Below, piece after piece: positions 37,603 to 47,437 of a stretch of 64,000 nt of DNA (position 1 is the stretch's first letter; every line of letters starts with the position of its first letter). This stretch comes from an uncultured virus (IMG/VR IMGVR_UViG_3300050029_000262) (lineage: Duplodnaviria; Heunggongvirae; Uroviricota; Caudoviricetes), in the IMG/VR virus record IMGVR_UViG_3300050029_000262; one strand, written 5' to 3'. The notes beneath the pieces were generated by a model. The model ran no database searches, was not told the DNA's origin, and was given only the letters and a program-made list of their open reading frames with translations. Made by a program: the position numbers and the translations under genes.

Positions 37603-37953
37603 ATGAAGGGTGAACAGACCTTCACTTGCCCGTCCTGCTTCCAACGTTTCACCATTGACCTGGGACCGGAGGACGCCGGCGGTGATGCAATCTTCTGCCC
37701 CCATTGCCACCACCTCCACAAGGTGCCCCGGTCAGTCTGTATGAACTGCATCCACTGCTCCGGCTCCGGCGGGCACCTCAGTGTCCGCAACGACAAGGCC
37801 AACCCGCACATCCCTCTGGCCAAGTGCCACAGTCTGACGGCCAGCGGCCTGAAGCAGGCCATCACCCTACACTTTGGCATTTCATTCCTGCCGTGGACGG
37901 CGGCGGAGGAGTGTGATGAGTTCAAACTGAAAACACTGGTGAGGAAATCATGA
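37603..37953 (+). CDS. Zinc-ribbon protein
   Basis: CPSC, CPHC, CMNCIHC. Confidence 0.6.
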   Translation: MKGEQTFTCPSCFQRFTIDLGPEDAGGDAIFCPHCHHLHKVPRSVCMNCIHCSGSGGHLSVRNDKANPHIPLAKCHSLTASGLKQAITLHFGISFLPWTAAEECDEFKLKTLVRKS

Positions 37954-38240
37954 TCCTCTGTGATGGCGTCCACTTGGTCAGTGACGCTTCCCTGCATGAA
38001 CTGCGGGCCTTCGCCGCCCGCCTCGACCTGAAGCGGGAGTGGGAGCAATGCTCCAAGAAGGGACTGCTGCATTATGACCTGAAGGGTGGCAAGGTGGAGG
38101 CGGCCTTCCGTCTGGGAGCCGTCCATGCCGACACCCGCGAAATGGCCCGGCGGTGCTGCCGCCTGGTGGGCGGGAAACGTCCGCTGCCAGCCGACAAACG
38201 TCACCTCGACAAGCTCAAGGCCGTCGCGGGCCCGCGTTGA
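37950..38240 (+). CDS. DUF4031-family protein
   Basis: HLVSD.SLHELRAFAARL.LKREW.Q....HYDL....A..LGA. Confidence 0.75.
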   Translation: MILCDGVHLVSDASLHELRAFAARLDLKREWEQCSKKGLLHYDLKGGKVEAAFRLGAVHADTREMARRCCRLVGGKRPLPADKRHLDKLKAVAGPR

Positions 38241-38265
38241 AATGAACAGGAAATGAAAGGATAAT

Positions 38266-38808
38266 GTGACCATGTTCGACAATCTGAAGTTGCGTAAAAT
38301 GCTCGCCGTCACGACCCTGCCCCTCCGCAAAGGCCCCGTCGTCCGCACGGATGAGACGGTGCCCGGCCTGACCATCATCAATCTGGACGGGCTCCCCTCC
38401 GCCGCGGAACTCCCGGAGGCGGAGCGGGAGGGATATACCATCGTGGATGTTCACCTCCTCGACATCCGGGTGGATACCGACCGGGCACGCTCCCTCCTCC
38501 CGGCCCTCGTGGAATTGCTGGCTGACTACCCCGACCCGGCCCGGCTGGCGAGCGGCCCCTCCTACATTGAAATGGGCGCGGTGTGCGGCGACCAGACCGT
38601 GGCCCTGGCCCTCTTCGCCCTCGGCAAAGTCGCCGGACTATGGGAAGTCATAACGCCCGCGCGCCTCGGCCTCACGGGGGCGGTCGCCGACGAACTGGCA
38701 GGCCGAGGCTTTGTGATGATTACCGGCTACGTTCCGGTTACCGCCGCCCCGGAAAGCGAGGCCGTGCCCAATGGACCCGCTACTGCCCCTGCGCCCACTG
38801 ACGGATAG
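38266..38808 (+). CDS. Hypothetical protein
   Basis: GAAAGGA RBS; GPSYIEMGAVCGDQ..AL.LFALG. Confidence 0.6.
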   Translation: MTMFDNLKLRKMLAVTTLPLRKGPVVRTDETVPGLTIINLDGLPSAAELPEAEREGYTIVDVHLLDIRVDTDRARSLLPALVELLADYPDPARLASGPSYIEMGAVCGDQTVALALFALGKVAGLWEVITPARLGLTGAVADELAGRGFVMITGYVPVTAAPESEAVPNGPATAPAPTDG

Positions 38809-39139
38809 GCAACGCAGCACCCTCAAGACCCTCTCCCTGGAGGCAGAGGCCAACCCGGAGAGCAACGCCAACCGCTGGCTGCACGAAAACCTCTGCCCGG
38901 AAGTCGTGCTGGCCATGCTGGAGGAGCAAGAGCGGGCGGACGCCGCTCTGGTCGTGGCGAATGACGCCGTGGCTGAGCAGAGCCGGATAGTAGCGGACCT
39001 GACCCAACGGCACTACTCCGCCGTCGCATTGCTCAACATCCTGGGCCGGGAAGCCGAACTGCTTGATGTGTCCAAACCTACCTATTCGCTGGAACTGACG
39101 CAGTCTGTTCGTGACCTGCTGCTGAAAGCGAGGGTGTGA
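38771..39139 (+). CDS. Hypothetical protein (Ead/Ea22-like segment)
   Basis: PEVVLAMLEE motif. Confidence 0.45.
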   Translation: MDPLLPLRPLTDRQRSTLKTLSLEAEANPESNANRWLHENLCPEVVLAMLEEQERADAALVVANDAVAEQSRIVADLTQRHYSAVALLNILGREAELLDVSKPTYSLELTQSVRDLLLKARV

Positions 39140-39384
39140 CCCCCATGCCGGAACGCAAGCATAAGCGCAAGCCGGTCGGCCAGTGGAACGCCCGCCGGGA
39201 GGGCCGCTGGCGGATCTGGAAGTCAACTACCCGCACGCTCTTCCTGCCGCCCCTCTGGTACTGGGGAGTACAGTTCACGAACTACAAGGCGGACGCCGAC
39301 GAGCCCCACGAGTGGGGTACGGCCACCTGGGCCTGGCTGGCGCGGCGGCGCGCCCTGCGGGCCCTGAAAGAAGGCGGACGATGA
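39136..39384 (+). CDS. Hypothetical protein
   Basis: Coupled on both sides. Confidence 0.5.
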   Translation: MTPMPERKHKRKPVGQWNARREGRWRIWKSTTRTLFLPPLWYWGVQFTNYKADADEPHEWGTATWAWLARRRALRALKEGGR

Positions 39385-40151
39385 GAGCAATCTACGAGCC
39401 CAAGGGCGCGGCCCGCGAGTACGCACCCCTGGCCTGCAATCTCTACGACGGTTGCCTGCACGGATGCACCTACTGCTACGCGCCCGGCTGTCGCCGCATG
39501 ACCCGCGAGGCCTTCGCGACGGACATCAAGCCATACCCAAACATCCTCCAGAGGCTGGAGAAGGATGCCGACGAAATGGCGGCTGCTGGTGACACCCGGC
39601 GCGTGCTGTTCTCATTTACATCCGACCCGTACCAGGAGTACGCGGCCGGTTGCGACGTAACCCGTGAGGCCCTGCAGATCATGGTTGACCGGGGGCTGCA
39701 GTTTTCCGTCTGCACGAAGGGCGGGATGCGGGCGGCGCGGGACTTCGACCTGCTCAAGCGGGGCGGACAACTTGGGGTGTCGCTGGTCTGGGGAATGGGG
39801 GATGACATTTGGCCGCAGGAGAAGTGGGAACCAAACGCCGCGAGTTGTTATGACCGCCTCGCGTCTGTCTTCCACGCGACACGCCACGGCATCTACACCT
39901 GGGCCAGTATTGAGCCGGTCATCGAGCCGACTTCTGCCCTCAAGGCCATCAAGTCGCTGGCCTACAACGGATGCGACGAGTTCCGCGTTGGCAAGATCAA
40001 CCATGACGCCGCGCTGGCCGCGGGCGTGGACTGGCAGGCCTTCACGGACGAATGCTACGCCCTGCTACTCTACCTGAAGCGCCCGTTCCTGTTCAAGGAG
40101 AGCCTGCACCCATACCTACAGGGCCGGCCCGTGACGGGCGGCCCGCAGTAA
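39381..40151 (+). CDS. Radical SAM protein (spore-photoproduct-lyase-like phage family)
   Basis: YDGCLHGCTYCYAP, FSFTSDPY, TKGG, SIEPVI. Confidence 0.85.
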   Translation: MRAIYEPKGAAREYAPLACNLYDGCLHGCTYCYAPGCRRMTREAFATDIKPYPNILQRLEKDADEMAAAGDTRRVLFSFTSDPYQEYAAGCDVTREALQIMVDRGLQFSVCTKGGMRAARDFDLLKRGGQLGVSLVWGMGDDIWPQEKWEPNAASCYDRLASVFHATRHGIYTWASIEPVIEPTSALKAIKSLAYNGCDEFRVGKINHDAALAAGVDWQAFTDECYALLLYLKRPFLFKESLHPYLQGRPVTGGPQ

Positions 40152-40185
40152 TCGTCATCTGTGGCATGAAAGGAAATTGACACAC

Positions 40186-40839
40186 ATGGGACTTGTTCTC
40201 GGCATCGACGTGGCGTACAAAACAATGGGCATCGCCGTCGCGGAGGTGCGCCTGAACCTCGGCGTGGCAGGCGTCCGGCACGGCAACGACTTTGAACTCA
40301 CCAGCGTCGGCGTGGCGCTGACCGAACGGCTGGTGGCCGTCGCCGCCCTCAAGGCTGACGAAACCACCTCCAGCCGCAAGCGGCACGCCGACATGTTCGT
40401 GGCCGACAAGGACTACCTCGGCGCGCTGCGCCAGGCCGACCAACTACTCGACTTCATCCTCCAGACCAACCCGGACATCGTGGTCATGGAACTGCCCTCC
40501 GCCGGAGCCAAGGGCGCCCGCGCCAACCGCTGCATGGGCATCGCCACGGGTATCGTCGCCGCCCTCCCGCCCGCCCTGCGACGGCTGGGCCGGACGGACT
40601 GCCCCTTCCTCTGCCGCGCGCCCGGCGACGGCAAGTACGCCGCGACCGGCAAGCGTAGCGGTACCAAGGACGAGGTGGAAATGAAAGTGCGTCAGTGCTA
40701 CGCTGGAGCAGACGGACTGCTGGCAACCATCAAGGCCGCTGACGTGGAGCACGTCTGTGATGCCACTGCCGCCATCTGGGCCATCCGTGGCTCCGATGAG
40801 TACCTGCGCTGCGCCTGCGCTACCATAGAGGCCTCCTGA
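40186..40839 (+). CDS. ruvC: RuvC-like Holliday junction resolvase
   Basis: VLGIDVA..MGIA, VVMELP, K..ATG..SGTKDEV, EHVCDA. Confidence 0.75.
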   Translation: MGLVLGIDVAYKTMGIAVAEVRLNLGVAGVRHGNDFELTSVGVALTERLVAVAALKADETTSSRKRHADMFVADKDYLGALRQADQLLDFILQTNPDIVVMELPSAGAKGARANRCMGIATGIVAALPPALRRLGRTDCPFLCRAPGDGKYAATGKRSGTKDEVEMKVRQCYAGADGLLATIKAADVEHVCDATAAIWAIRGSDEYLRCACATIEAS

Positions 40840-41213
40840 TGAGCGACAAACTGTCCGTCAACATGCAGAAACTGATGCAGGACCGCGGCTGGAACTGCTC
40901 CATACTCGCGGAGCGCGCCGGACTATCCTACCAGACCGTGCGCCGCGGCCTGCTCGGCATGGACATCCAGGAGCGCACCTGGGTCAAGATCGCTGCCGGG
41001 CTGGGCGTGGCCTTCCCCGTCCTCTGCGGGCAGGTGGTGATCGAGAGCGTGCTGCTAGATGATGACAGCCGTGCCGTCCTGGTGCTCTACGACGGACTGA
41101 CGGAGGCGCGCCGCGCCCTGGTGCACAGTCTGCTGCGGGAACTTTCCAACCTGCCGGCGGAGCCGGACCCCGCCGACCTTGAGTCGTCACCAGACCCGGA
41201 GAAGGAAGTCTGA
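40839..41213 (+). CDS. XRE-family HTH transcriptional regulator
   Basis: LMQDRGWNCSILAERAGLSYQTVRR...KIAAGLGV. Confidence 0.8.
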   Translation: MSDKLSVNMQKLMQDRGWNCSILAERAGLSYQTVRRGLLGMDIQERTWVKIAAGLGVAFPVLCGQVVIESVLLDDDSRAVLVLYDGLTEARRALVHSLLRELSNLPAEPDPADLESSPDPEKEV

Positions 41214-41765
41214 ATGGTCCTCCAACACTGCGACCGCTGCCGCTCCGAACACCCCCGCCAGACCGCCGGCGGTCTCTGCTGCGAGTGCCTCCACGCCGAA
41301 CTCACCGCCGCCAAGTTGGCCGCCGCCACCGACCGGATCTGCTACACGGACGGCGTGACGCTGGATGTGGCTGACCTGGCGCCGCAGTCGCTGGAGGGTT
41401 TCTCCTACGTCGTGCCATCGGACGGCAACCATGACGCTGACCCCATCTGTTCCATCTTCCGCCTGCGCCTGCACGCCGACCGGGGAAACTTCTACCTGGG
41501 CAAAGTCGCCCTGCCCCTGGACGGCGTGCGGGTGCTGCAGGCCACCGCCGAGTATGGCAACTTCTTCGCCCGCGATGAACTGACCGAGCAACTGCTGCCC
41601 GCCGGCCTGACCCACTCAATCAACATCACCGTCATGGACGCGCCCGGCGCCGCGGAGGACTTCCATCACCACAACCGCCTGCCACCCAGCATCACCCCCC
41701 TGATGGCGGCCTTCGACCTCGACCTGCGCCGGCTGCTCGACCTGACCGAACCCGACCGCCGCTGA
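41214..41765 (+). CDS. Hypothetical protein
   Basis: CDRC..CCEC N-terminus. Confidence 0.55.
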   Translation: MVLQHCDRCRSEHPRQTAGGLCCECLHAELTAAKLAAATDRICYTDGVTLDVADLAPQSLEGFSYVVPSDGNHDADPICSIFRLRLHADRGNFYLGKVALPLDGVRVLQATAEYGNFFARDELTEQLLPAGLTHSINITVMDAPGAAEDFHHHNRLPPSITPLMAAFDLDLRRLLDLTEPDRR

Positions 41766-41768
41766 CAG

Positions 41769-41798
41769 TTGTAATCCGACCCCCTCCTACGCTACAAT
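41769..41798 (+). promoter_or_regulatory. Putative sigma70 promoter for the ParB/modification cluster
   Basis: TTGTAA-N18-TACAAT. Confidence 0.45.
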
Positions 41799-41903
41799 GC
41801 CGCCTGGGTAAGCTGGGGCCGCGCCGTTGCCCTCAGAAGCGCGTTGCGCGGCCCCTACTTTCCCAACAACCATCATCACTCCCCAAGGCGGCACGCCATC
41901 CCC

Positions 41904-42503
41904 ATGCCTACGCCCATTCGCCTGCTCAGCCACCTGACGATGCACACCGCTGATGAGTTGACCCCCCTGGTGGGCAACCCCAATTCGATGTCCCCCCAGT
42001 CCATGGACCAACTCAAGGCCTCCCTCCGCGCCCACGGCCTGCTGGAGAACCTCGTCCTCCAATCCGGCACCCTGGTCGTGGTCGGCGGTAACCACCGCCT
42101 GCTCGCCCTCAAGGAACTCATCGCCGAAGGTGAACTGCCCCCGGATGCTCCTATTCCCTGCGGTGAGTTTGCCTTCACCCCAGACCAACTGAAGAAGGCC
42201 TCCCTGGCTCTCAATAAGATCGCCGGCGACATGGGAGCCGCTGCCCTGCGAGATTTCCTCGAGGACGTGGTCTTCACCGATGACCTCGACCTGGCTGGCG
42301 CTGGCCTCACCGCCACGGAACTCGACTTCCTGCTGGCCACGCCATGGGACGACGCCGACATCTTCGGACGGTCCTTCGTCGTCAAGGGCAAGCGCAAACC
42401 CGCCCCGCCGGATGAAGGCGGAGCCGACCCCGGACCCGACGATCCGGACCTGCCCCTGACCGTCTGCCCGGAGTGCGGGCACGCCTGGCTTGAAGGCAAC
42501 TGA
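41904..42503 (+). CDS. ParB/Sulfiredoxin N-terminal-domain protein (paralog 1)
   Basis: NPNSM..LKASLRAHGLLENLV..VVGGNHRL..ALNKIAG; C-terminal CPECG. Confidence 0.85.
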   Translation: MPTPIRLLSHLTMHTADELTPLVGNPNSMSPQSMDQLKASLRAHGLLENLVLQSGTLVVVGGNHRLLALKELIAEGELPPDAPIPCGEFAFTPDQLKKASLALNKIAGDMGAAALRDFLEDVVFTDDLDLAGAGLTATELDFLLATPWDDADIFGRSFVVKGKRKPAPPDEGGADPGPDDPDLPLTVCPECGHAWLEGN

Positions 42504-42505
42504 CC

Positions 42506-42763
42506 ATGGCCCTCCCCAACAGCGAAATGGCTGACGACATCATCACTCTCACCGACTGGGCCACCGACCAGCCCACCTTCATCCGCGAGAAGGTCCTGAG
42601 CATTGAGCCCGCCATCAAGCTCACCCGCGTCACCACGGCCTCCGGCAAGACCTTTGACGTGACTGAGACCCCGGCGCAGGCGGCCCGCCTCTGCTGGCCC
42701 GCCGCCAGGGGCCGCATCGGCCTCCAGCCGCCAGACCTGGGAAAGGCAGACCCCCTCCCATGA
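42506..42763 (+). CDS. Small hypothetical protein
   Basis: Between the ParB paralogs; coupled. Confidence 0.55.
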   Translation: MALPNSEMADDIITLTDWATDQPTFIREKVLSIEPAIKLTRVTTASGKTFDVTETPAQAARLCWPAARGRIGLQPPDLGKADPLP

Positions 42764-43455
42764 GAATGCTCACCAAAGTCGTCATGCGCAACCCCGCCGA
42801 CCTCGTGCCCCTGGTCGGAAATCCGAATGCGATGGACGCCCAGGCCATGTCAATGCTCAAGGCGTCCCTCCGCCAGCACGGCCTCCTGGAGAACCTCGTC
42901 CTCCAGAAGGGTACCGCCGTGGTCGTGGGCGGCAACCATCGCCTGCTCGCCATCCAGGCCATGATGGCGGACGGCGAGCTGCCCGCCGACACTAAGGTGC
43001 CCTGTGGTGAGTTTGAGTTTACCGAGGAGCAGATGAAGAAGGCGGCCGTCGCGCTGAACCGCATCGGCGGCGACATGTTGGCCGGGGCACTGCGTGACTT
43101 TCTGGAAGGGGTGGACTTCAGCAACGACGTAGACCTGGCGGAGGCGGGATTGGAGCGCGCGGAACTCGACGCGCTGCTGGGCGGGACATTCGGGCCGGAG
43201 GACGTGTTCGGGGCAACCTATGGCGGCACCCAGAGCCTTGAAGCTGACAACTTCATCCATGGCCTGCAAGGCATCGGCCTGTCTGTGGACAAGCAGCCCA
43301 ACTATGGCTTCCACTTCTCCTGCACTGCTGAGACGGCGGCAGTCATCCGTGAGGCATTGAACCAAGCCATTGCCCGGCTGGAGGCTGGTGCCCTGATGAA
43401 GTGTGATGCTGATTCTCTGGCCTTGGCCCTCATTTGTGAGGAGTGGACCCCTTGA
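42760..43455 (+). CDS. ParB/Sulfiredoxin N-terminal-domain protein (paralog 2)
   Basis: Near-identical core to paralog 1 (LKASLRQHGLLENLVLQ..VVVGGNHRLLA). Confidence 0.85.
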   Translation: MRMLTKVVMRNPADLVPLVGNPNAMDAQAMSMLKASLRQHGLLENLVLQKGTAVVVGGNHRLLAIQAMMADGELPADTKVPCGEFEFTEEQMKKAAVALNRIGGDMLAGALRDFLEGVDFSNDVDLAEAGLERAELDALLGGTFGPEDVFGATYGGTQSLEADNFIHGLQGIGLSVDKQPNYGFHFSCTAETAAVIREALNQAIARLEAGALMKCDADSLALALICEEWTP

Positions 43456-44966
43456 AAGATGCCCTGATGCCTTCTGGCAACCTGACCGTCTGCCCCGGCC
43501 CCCTGCGCTTCGACAGCTACGACGGCTGTCCCTCCGGTTGCGCCTACTGCTTCGCTCGGATCGCTGCCATGTCCGGCACGGCCAGCAAGCACGACACCTT
43601 CAATGCCCCGGAACCCCGCAAACTCAACCTGACCCTCAAGCAACTCCTCGGCGAAGGGCGCAGTGCCATTGCTGCCTTCCGGGCGATGGACATTCCTGTC
43701 CACATGGGCGGCATGTCAGATTGCTTCCAGCCGCTGGAGCGCCAGCACCAGGTCACCCTCAAGGCCATGGAGGTCTTCGCGGCCAACGACATCCCCGTCA
43801 TTCTCTCCACCAAGTTTCGGCTCCTGCTGGAGGAACCCTGGCGCTCCGCCTGGGAGGCCATCCCGCGCCGCTTGCTGCAGGTTTCACTCATTGCTGCTGA
43901 TGACCGCCTCGCCCGACTGGAACCCAACGCCCCCACCTGGCAGGAACGGATCGCCTTCGTCACTGAGATGAGCCAGACCGGCCCGGTCATGGTGCGGCTG
44001 CAACCCTGCATCCTGCCCTTCTCCATGCTGACGGTGGGGAAGCTGGCGGAGGCAGTCGCCGAGGCGGGCGGCAAGGGCATCACCGTCGAGGGCCTGAAGC
44101 TTCCCAATCGCGCCCGTGCCTGGATGGACGGTCAACTCAAGGCCATCCTTGGCAAGGCCTACGAGACACCCAAGGCGGGCGGCACCTCTGACAAGGAATA
44201 CACCTTCGGGCAACGCTTCGCCTACCAACTGGCCGCAAAGAAGGTCTGCCGGGAACATGGGCTGCGGCATTGGGCGGCGGATAACGCGCAACGCTGGCTG
44301 GGGGACAGCCCCAACTGCTGCGGGCAGGACCTGTTGCCGGGTGTCGGTATCTGGGAGGCCAACTGGGGCCATGCGGCAGACTTGGCATTGCGGGAGGGCC
44401 GTGTCACATTCGCAGCCATGGGCGCAGCCATGGGCGCAAATGCAACAAACATCATCAACTCCGGGGACGGCGCAAAAGCACGGGAATGGGCGGCAGGTGA
44501 CATCTACCCCGGTGCGGCGAAGAAGAAATGGCTACCGTTGGCCGACATCAATCCCTCGAACCTGAACCTGAACCTGGGCAACGGCGCAAACACCAGAAAG
44601 ATCATGTCTGCTGCTAACATCAACCCTGGGGATGCGCGGGTCAACCCTGGGGATGCGCGGGTCAACCCTGGGGATGCGCGGGTCAACCCTGGGGATGCGC
44701 GGGTCAATACTGGGGATGGAGCCAAGGCCAGAGAATGGGCAAAGCCCACAGAGACCGACTCCGGCCAGACACTCCTCAACTGGTACCGCTACCAGTGGAA
44801 CCAGGGCAACAAGGGACGCGGCCCCCAGGCCGTCATGCCTAATCTCGTGCCCACCCAGAAGGATGAGGACGGCAATCTCGTCTACGAGTTCTTTCTGCCG
44901 CCCGAACTGCGGGACGCCATCGAGGCCGTCACCGGAGAGCCATTCGGAGTGCCCCATCATGCTTGA
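43443..44966 (+). CDS. Radical SAM enzyme (SPL-like) with a repetitive insertion
   Basis: FDSYDGCPSGCAYCFAR, GGMSDCFQPLE, STK, LEPNAP, RLQP, NCCG. Confidence 0.85.
   Translation: MDPLKDALMPSGNLTVCPGPLRFDSYDGCPSGCAYCFARIAAMSGTASKHDTFNAPEPRKLNLTLKQLLGEGRSAIAAFRAMDIPVHMGGMSDCFQPLERQHQVTLKAMEVFAANDIPVILSTKFRLLLEEPWRSAWEAIPRRLLQVSLIAADDRLARLEPNAPTWQERIAFVTEMSQTGPVMVRLQPCILPFSMLTVGKLAEAVAEAGGKGITVEGLKLPNRARAWMDGQLKAILGKAYETPKAGGTSDKEYTFGQRFAYQLAAKKVCREHGLRHWAADNAQRWLGDSPNCCGQDLLPGVGIWEANWGHAADLALREGRVTFAAMGAAMGANATNIINSGDGAKAREWAAGDIYPGAAKKKWLPLADINPSNLNLNLGNGANTRKIMSAANINPGDARVNPGDARVNPGDARVNPGDARVNTGDGAKAREWAKPTETDSGQTLLNWYRYQWNQGNKGRGPQAVMPNLVPTQKDEDGNLVYEFFLPPELRDAIEAVTGEPFGVPHHA
44620..44718 (+). 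repeat. 21-nt tandem repeat x4 plus a partial copy (NPGDARV)
   Basis: TCAACCCTGGGGATGCGCGGG exact x4; also AACCTG x3 at 44559-44576. Confidence 0.95.
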
Positions 44967-45801
44967 CCAATGGTTTCAACAGACCCCTGTTGAACCGCAT
45001 CACTTTGCTGGCCTTGGCCTATTCGTCAAGCGGGAGGACCTCGCCACGGTGCCGCCCATGCCCCCACTCTCCAAGGCCCGTGGCATCGGTGCACACCTGC
45101 TTAGACTGAGAGACACCCAAGGCGTTCGGCGGGTCGGCGTGCTCGACACGAAGGTCAGCAAGTCTGGGCTCGCCGTCGCCATTCTCGCCGAGACCCTTGG
45201 CCTCGCATGTGACTACTTCTTCCCCGCCCCCAAAGGCGAAGACTGGAAACTGCCGCATCGACTGGAGGCACAGCGGCACGGTGCCCAGCTCTGCCCGCTC
45301 CCCGGCGGGCGCATCGTCATTGCCTACGCCCGCGCCAAGGCGGCTGAACCCGGTCACATGCTGCCGCTGGGCTTTCCACTCTACGAGACCGTCATGGAAA
45401 CAGCCAAACAGGTCTCGCCCTGGCCGGGCACGGTCGTCTTAGCCTGCGGCACGGGCACCATTTCTGCCGGGTTACTGCTGGGCTTTGCCAGTTTGCCAGA
45501 CTCTGAGCGGCCCGCTGCCATCTACTCCATCACTGCCTCAATGGCTCCGGCCAAGGTTTCCCGCACCGCTGCCTGTCACCTGGCTCGCGCCCTGTCGGAA
45601 TGCCTGCTCAAAGCAGATGACTTGCAAACCATCACCGACCGCTGGCAGATCATCAAAGAAGGCAATGACTAATATGCGCCTTCCAAAACAACCGTCACCT
45701 GGCCTGTCCATCCCTACTATGAGGCGAAGGCCCTTGACTGGCTGGCCAGGAACCGGGTGGACCTGATCGAGCCAATTCTATTCTGGAACATAGGCAGCTA
45801 A
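44959..45801 (+). pseudogene. PLP-dependent enzyme (cysteine synthase/D-cysteine desulfhydrase fold) with an in-frame TAA at 45670-45672
   Basis: TPVE..LFVKREDL..SKARG, VVLACGTGTISAGL; the frame continues past the stop as YAP..WPVHPYYEAKALDWL...PILFWNIGS. Confidence 0.75.
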
Positions 45802-45804
45802 ACC

Positions 45805-46482
45805 ATGTCCATCACCGTCCTCCTCCAACCGCACTTCACCTCCGCCGCCCTCTCCCTGCCGCCGTCGTTCCTCCGTGACCACGTAGACCTGCTCATCACC
45901 TCTACCGTGGACGCCGGCTACAAGCACAAGGAACTCGACCGCTACGCCCGCGCCCTCTGGCCCACCGACTGGCAGCGGCACCTCCATGCCCTCCAGGTGC
46001 CCGGCCTCCGTATCAATATACTGCCCCGCCCCGGCTGGCAGGAACTCAACCGCGACAACCCGGACGGCCTGCTGCCCGTTACCCAGGCCCGCGCCGAACT
46101 GGTCGCCGCCGCCCTCGCCCCCCTCATGGACGCCCTGCCGGAGGATACCCGCCTCGTCATCCCCGGTGGCCAGGTTCACCCTGACCACTACTCCACCGCC
46201 CTCGGAGCCCTGCCCTGGGCCACCCACGCCTACCGCGAATGGCCCTCCGCCGCCATCGACCCGCACACCGCCGACCCCTTCTGGCGGAAACGCCTGCCCG
46301 CGTTGCAGGACCTGCTCTCCGGGCCCTGCCCGCCCGGTGACGGACAACCCCTCTTCGCTGGCCTCTACGGCCCGGCGGCACGCGCCTGCTTCGATGCCTG
46401 TTTCGCCTCCCAGAAGGACGGCTATCGCCTCATCGACGGCGTTTGCCACGAGGACTTCCGCTGTGAGGTACGGCCCCTGTGA
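45805..46482 (+). CDS. Degenerate PIG-L/LmbE-like deacetylase-fold protein
   Basis: QPHFTSAALS (cf. PHxDD), PGGQVHPDH, YREWP. Confidence 0.5.
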   Translation: MSITVLLQPHFTSAALSLPPSFLRDHVDLLITSTVDAGYKHKELDRYARALWPTDWQRHLHALQVPGLRINILPRPGWQELNRDNPDGLLPVTQARAELVAAALAPLMDALPEDTRLVIPGGQVHPDHYSTALGALPWATHAYREWPSAAIDPHTADPFWRKRLPALQDLLSGPCPPGDGQPLFAGLYGPAARACFDACFASQKDGYRLIDGVCHEDFRCEVRPL

Positions 46483-46504
46483 CGGGAGGCGTTGCCGCCG
46501 CGCC

Positions 46505-46617
46505 GAGGATCGCTTCTAAGACCCTGCCAGCCACATAATGGGGGAAGTCTACGTCCAATGGGGGCCGGGCCGCGTGCTACGCCCGCCTTGAATTGCCCGT
46601 CCCGGCCCTGCTATGAT
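46505..46617 (+). promoter_or_regulatory. Motif copy 3 (46505-46520) plus an extended -10 sigma70 promoter
   Basis: GAGGATCGCTTCTAAG; TTGAAT-N18-TATGAT with TG. Confidence 0.6.
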
Positions 46618-46655
46618 GGGAGCCGGATAACCTGACCCCGGAAGGACGTTCCGAC

Positions 46656-47348
46656 TTGCGACCAAGCGGCGCGAAAGGCGTAAAAAAGCCAGTGCTGGGG
46701 CGTGGCGGCTACCCGCCTACGCTCGTGCGCCAGGTTCGTGACGCCTGGGCCTCCGGTGAATACAATAGTGATAAGGCGCTGGCCGAGGCGTTCAACCTCT
46801 CCCGCTCCGAGACTATTGCGGAGTGGCGTATCAAACACGCGCCGGACGGCATCTCCTGGGACAGCATCCGCGACAAGCTCAACCAGGGTGCCCTGGACGT
46901 CATCGCCCAGCGCCTCGGAGAATCCTCCGCCGACGCCACCCTGCGGCACCTGAAGATCGTCCGCGCCGCGCAGACCACAGTGGCCCGCTACATCTTCGGC
47001 CAGCGGCTGGAGTTGGCGGACGGCACCACGATGAGCATTCCGTCCGTGGAGCCAAAGTCGTTGGGGGAGGCGGTCAAGTCATACATTGACCTGGTGCGCA
47101 TCGAGCGGCACATGCGCGGGGAGCCGGACGTGCGCGTGGAGCACTACCTGACGCTGGTGGGTGAGGTGGTAGCGGAAGTCGCCACCCTGTTCGTGGCGGA
47201 GATGGGCCTGCCCGCGGCGCGCGTGGTGCGGTTCGAGGAACTGTTTGGCGACAAGTTGAAGGGGGCGCTGGCGGACGCGGAACGCAAACTGCTGCCCGCG
47301 GGCACGGAGGCGGAGCGCTGGACGGCCGACGAGGGCGAGGAGGAGTGA
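46656..47348 (+). CDS. Putative terminase small subunit
   Basis: N-terminal HTH (DKALAEAFNLSRSETIAEWR) plus helical body; upstream of ParB/TerL. Confidence 0.55.
   Translation: MRPSGAKGVKKPVLGRGGYPPTLVRQVRDAWASGEYNSDKALAEAFNLSRSETIAEWRIKHAPDGISWDSIRDKLNQGALDVIAQRLGESSADATLRHLKIVRAAQTTVARYIFGQRLELADGTTMSIPSVEPKSLGEAVKSYIDLVRIERHMRGEPDVRVEHYLTLVGEVVAEVATLFVAEMGLPAARVVRFEELFGDKLKGALADAERKLLPAGTEAERWTADEGEEE
47211..47262 (+). repeat. 52-bp exact direct repeat with 52520-52571
   Basis: CCCGCGGCGCGCGTGGTGCGGTTCGAGGAACTGTTTGGCGACAAGTTGAAGG. Confidence 0.9.
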
Positions 47349-47437
47349 GTGAGTCTCTAGAGAGAGGAGAGAGGAGAGAGAGAGGAGGAGGAGGGGAGGA
47401 CTCTACTACTACTGATTGTAAGAGGAAGACCCTGCTG

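Noticed and set aside
44620..44718. Possible CRISPR array
   Set aside because: Units are directly tandem with no spacers, lie in frame within a CDS, and no cas genes are present
34750..45801. Genome-wide stop-codon recoding (stops where Tyr is expected in the MTase stub and the PLP enzyme)
   Set aside because: The two stops differ (TAG, TAA), both codons end many normal genes here, no suppressor tRNA is seen, and read-through of the MTase stub does not restore MTase motifs
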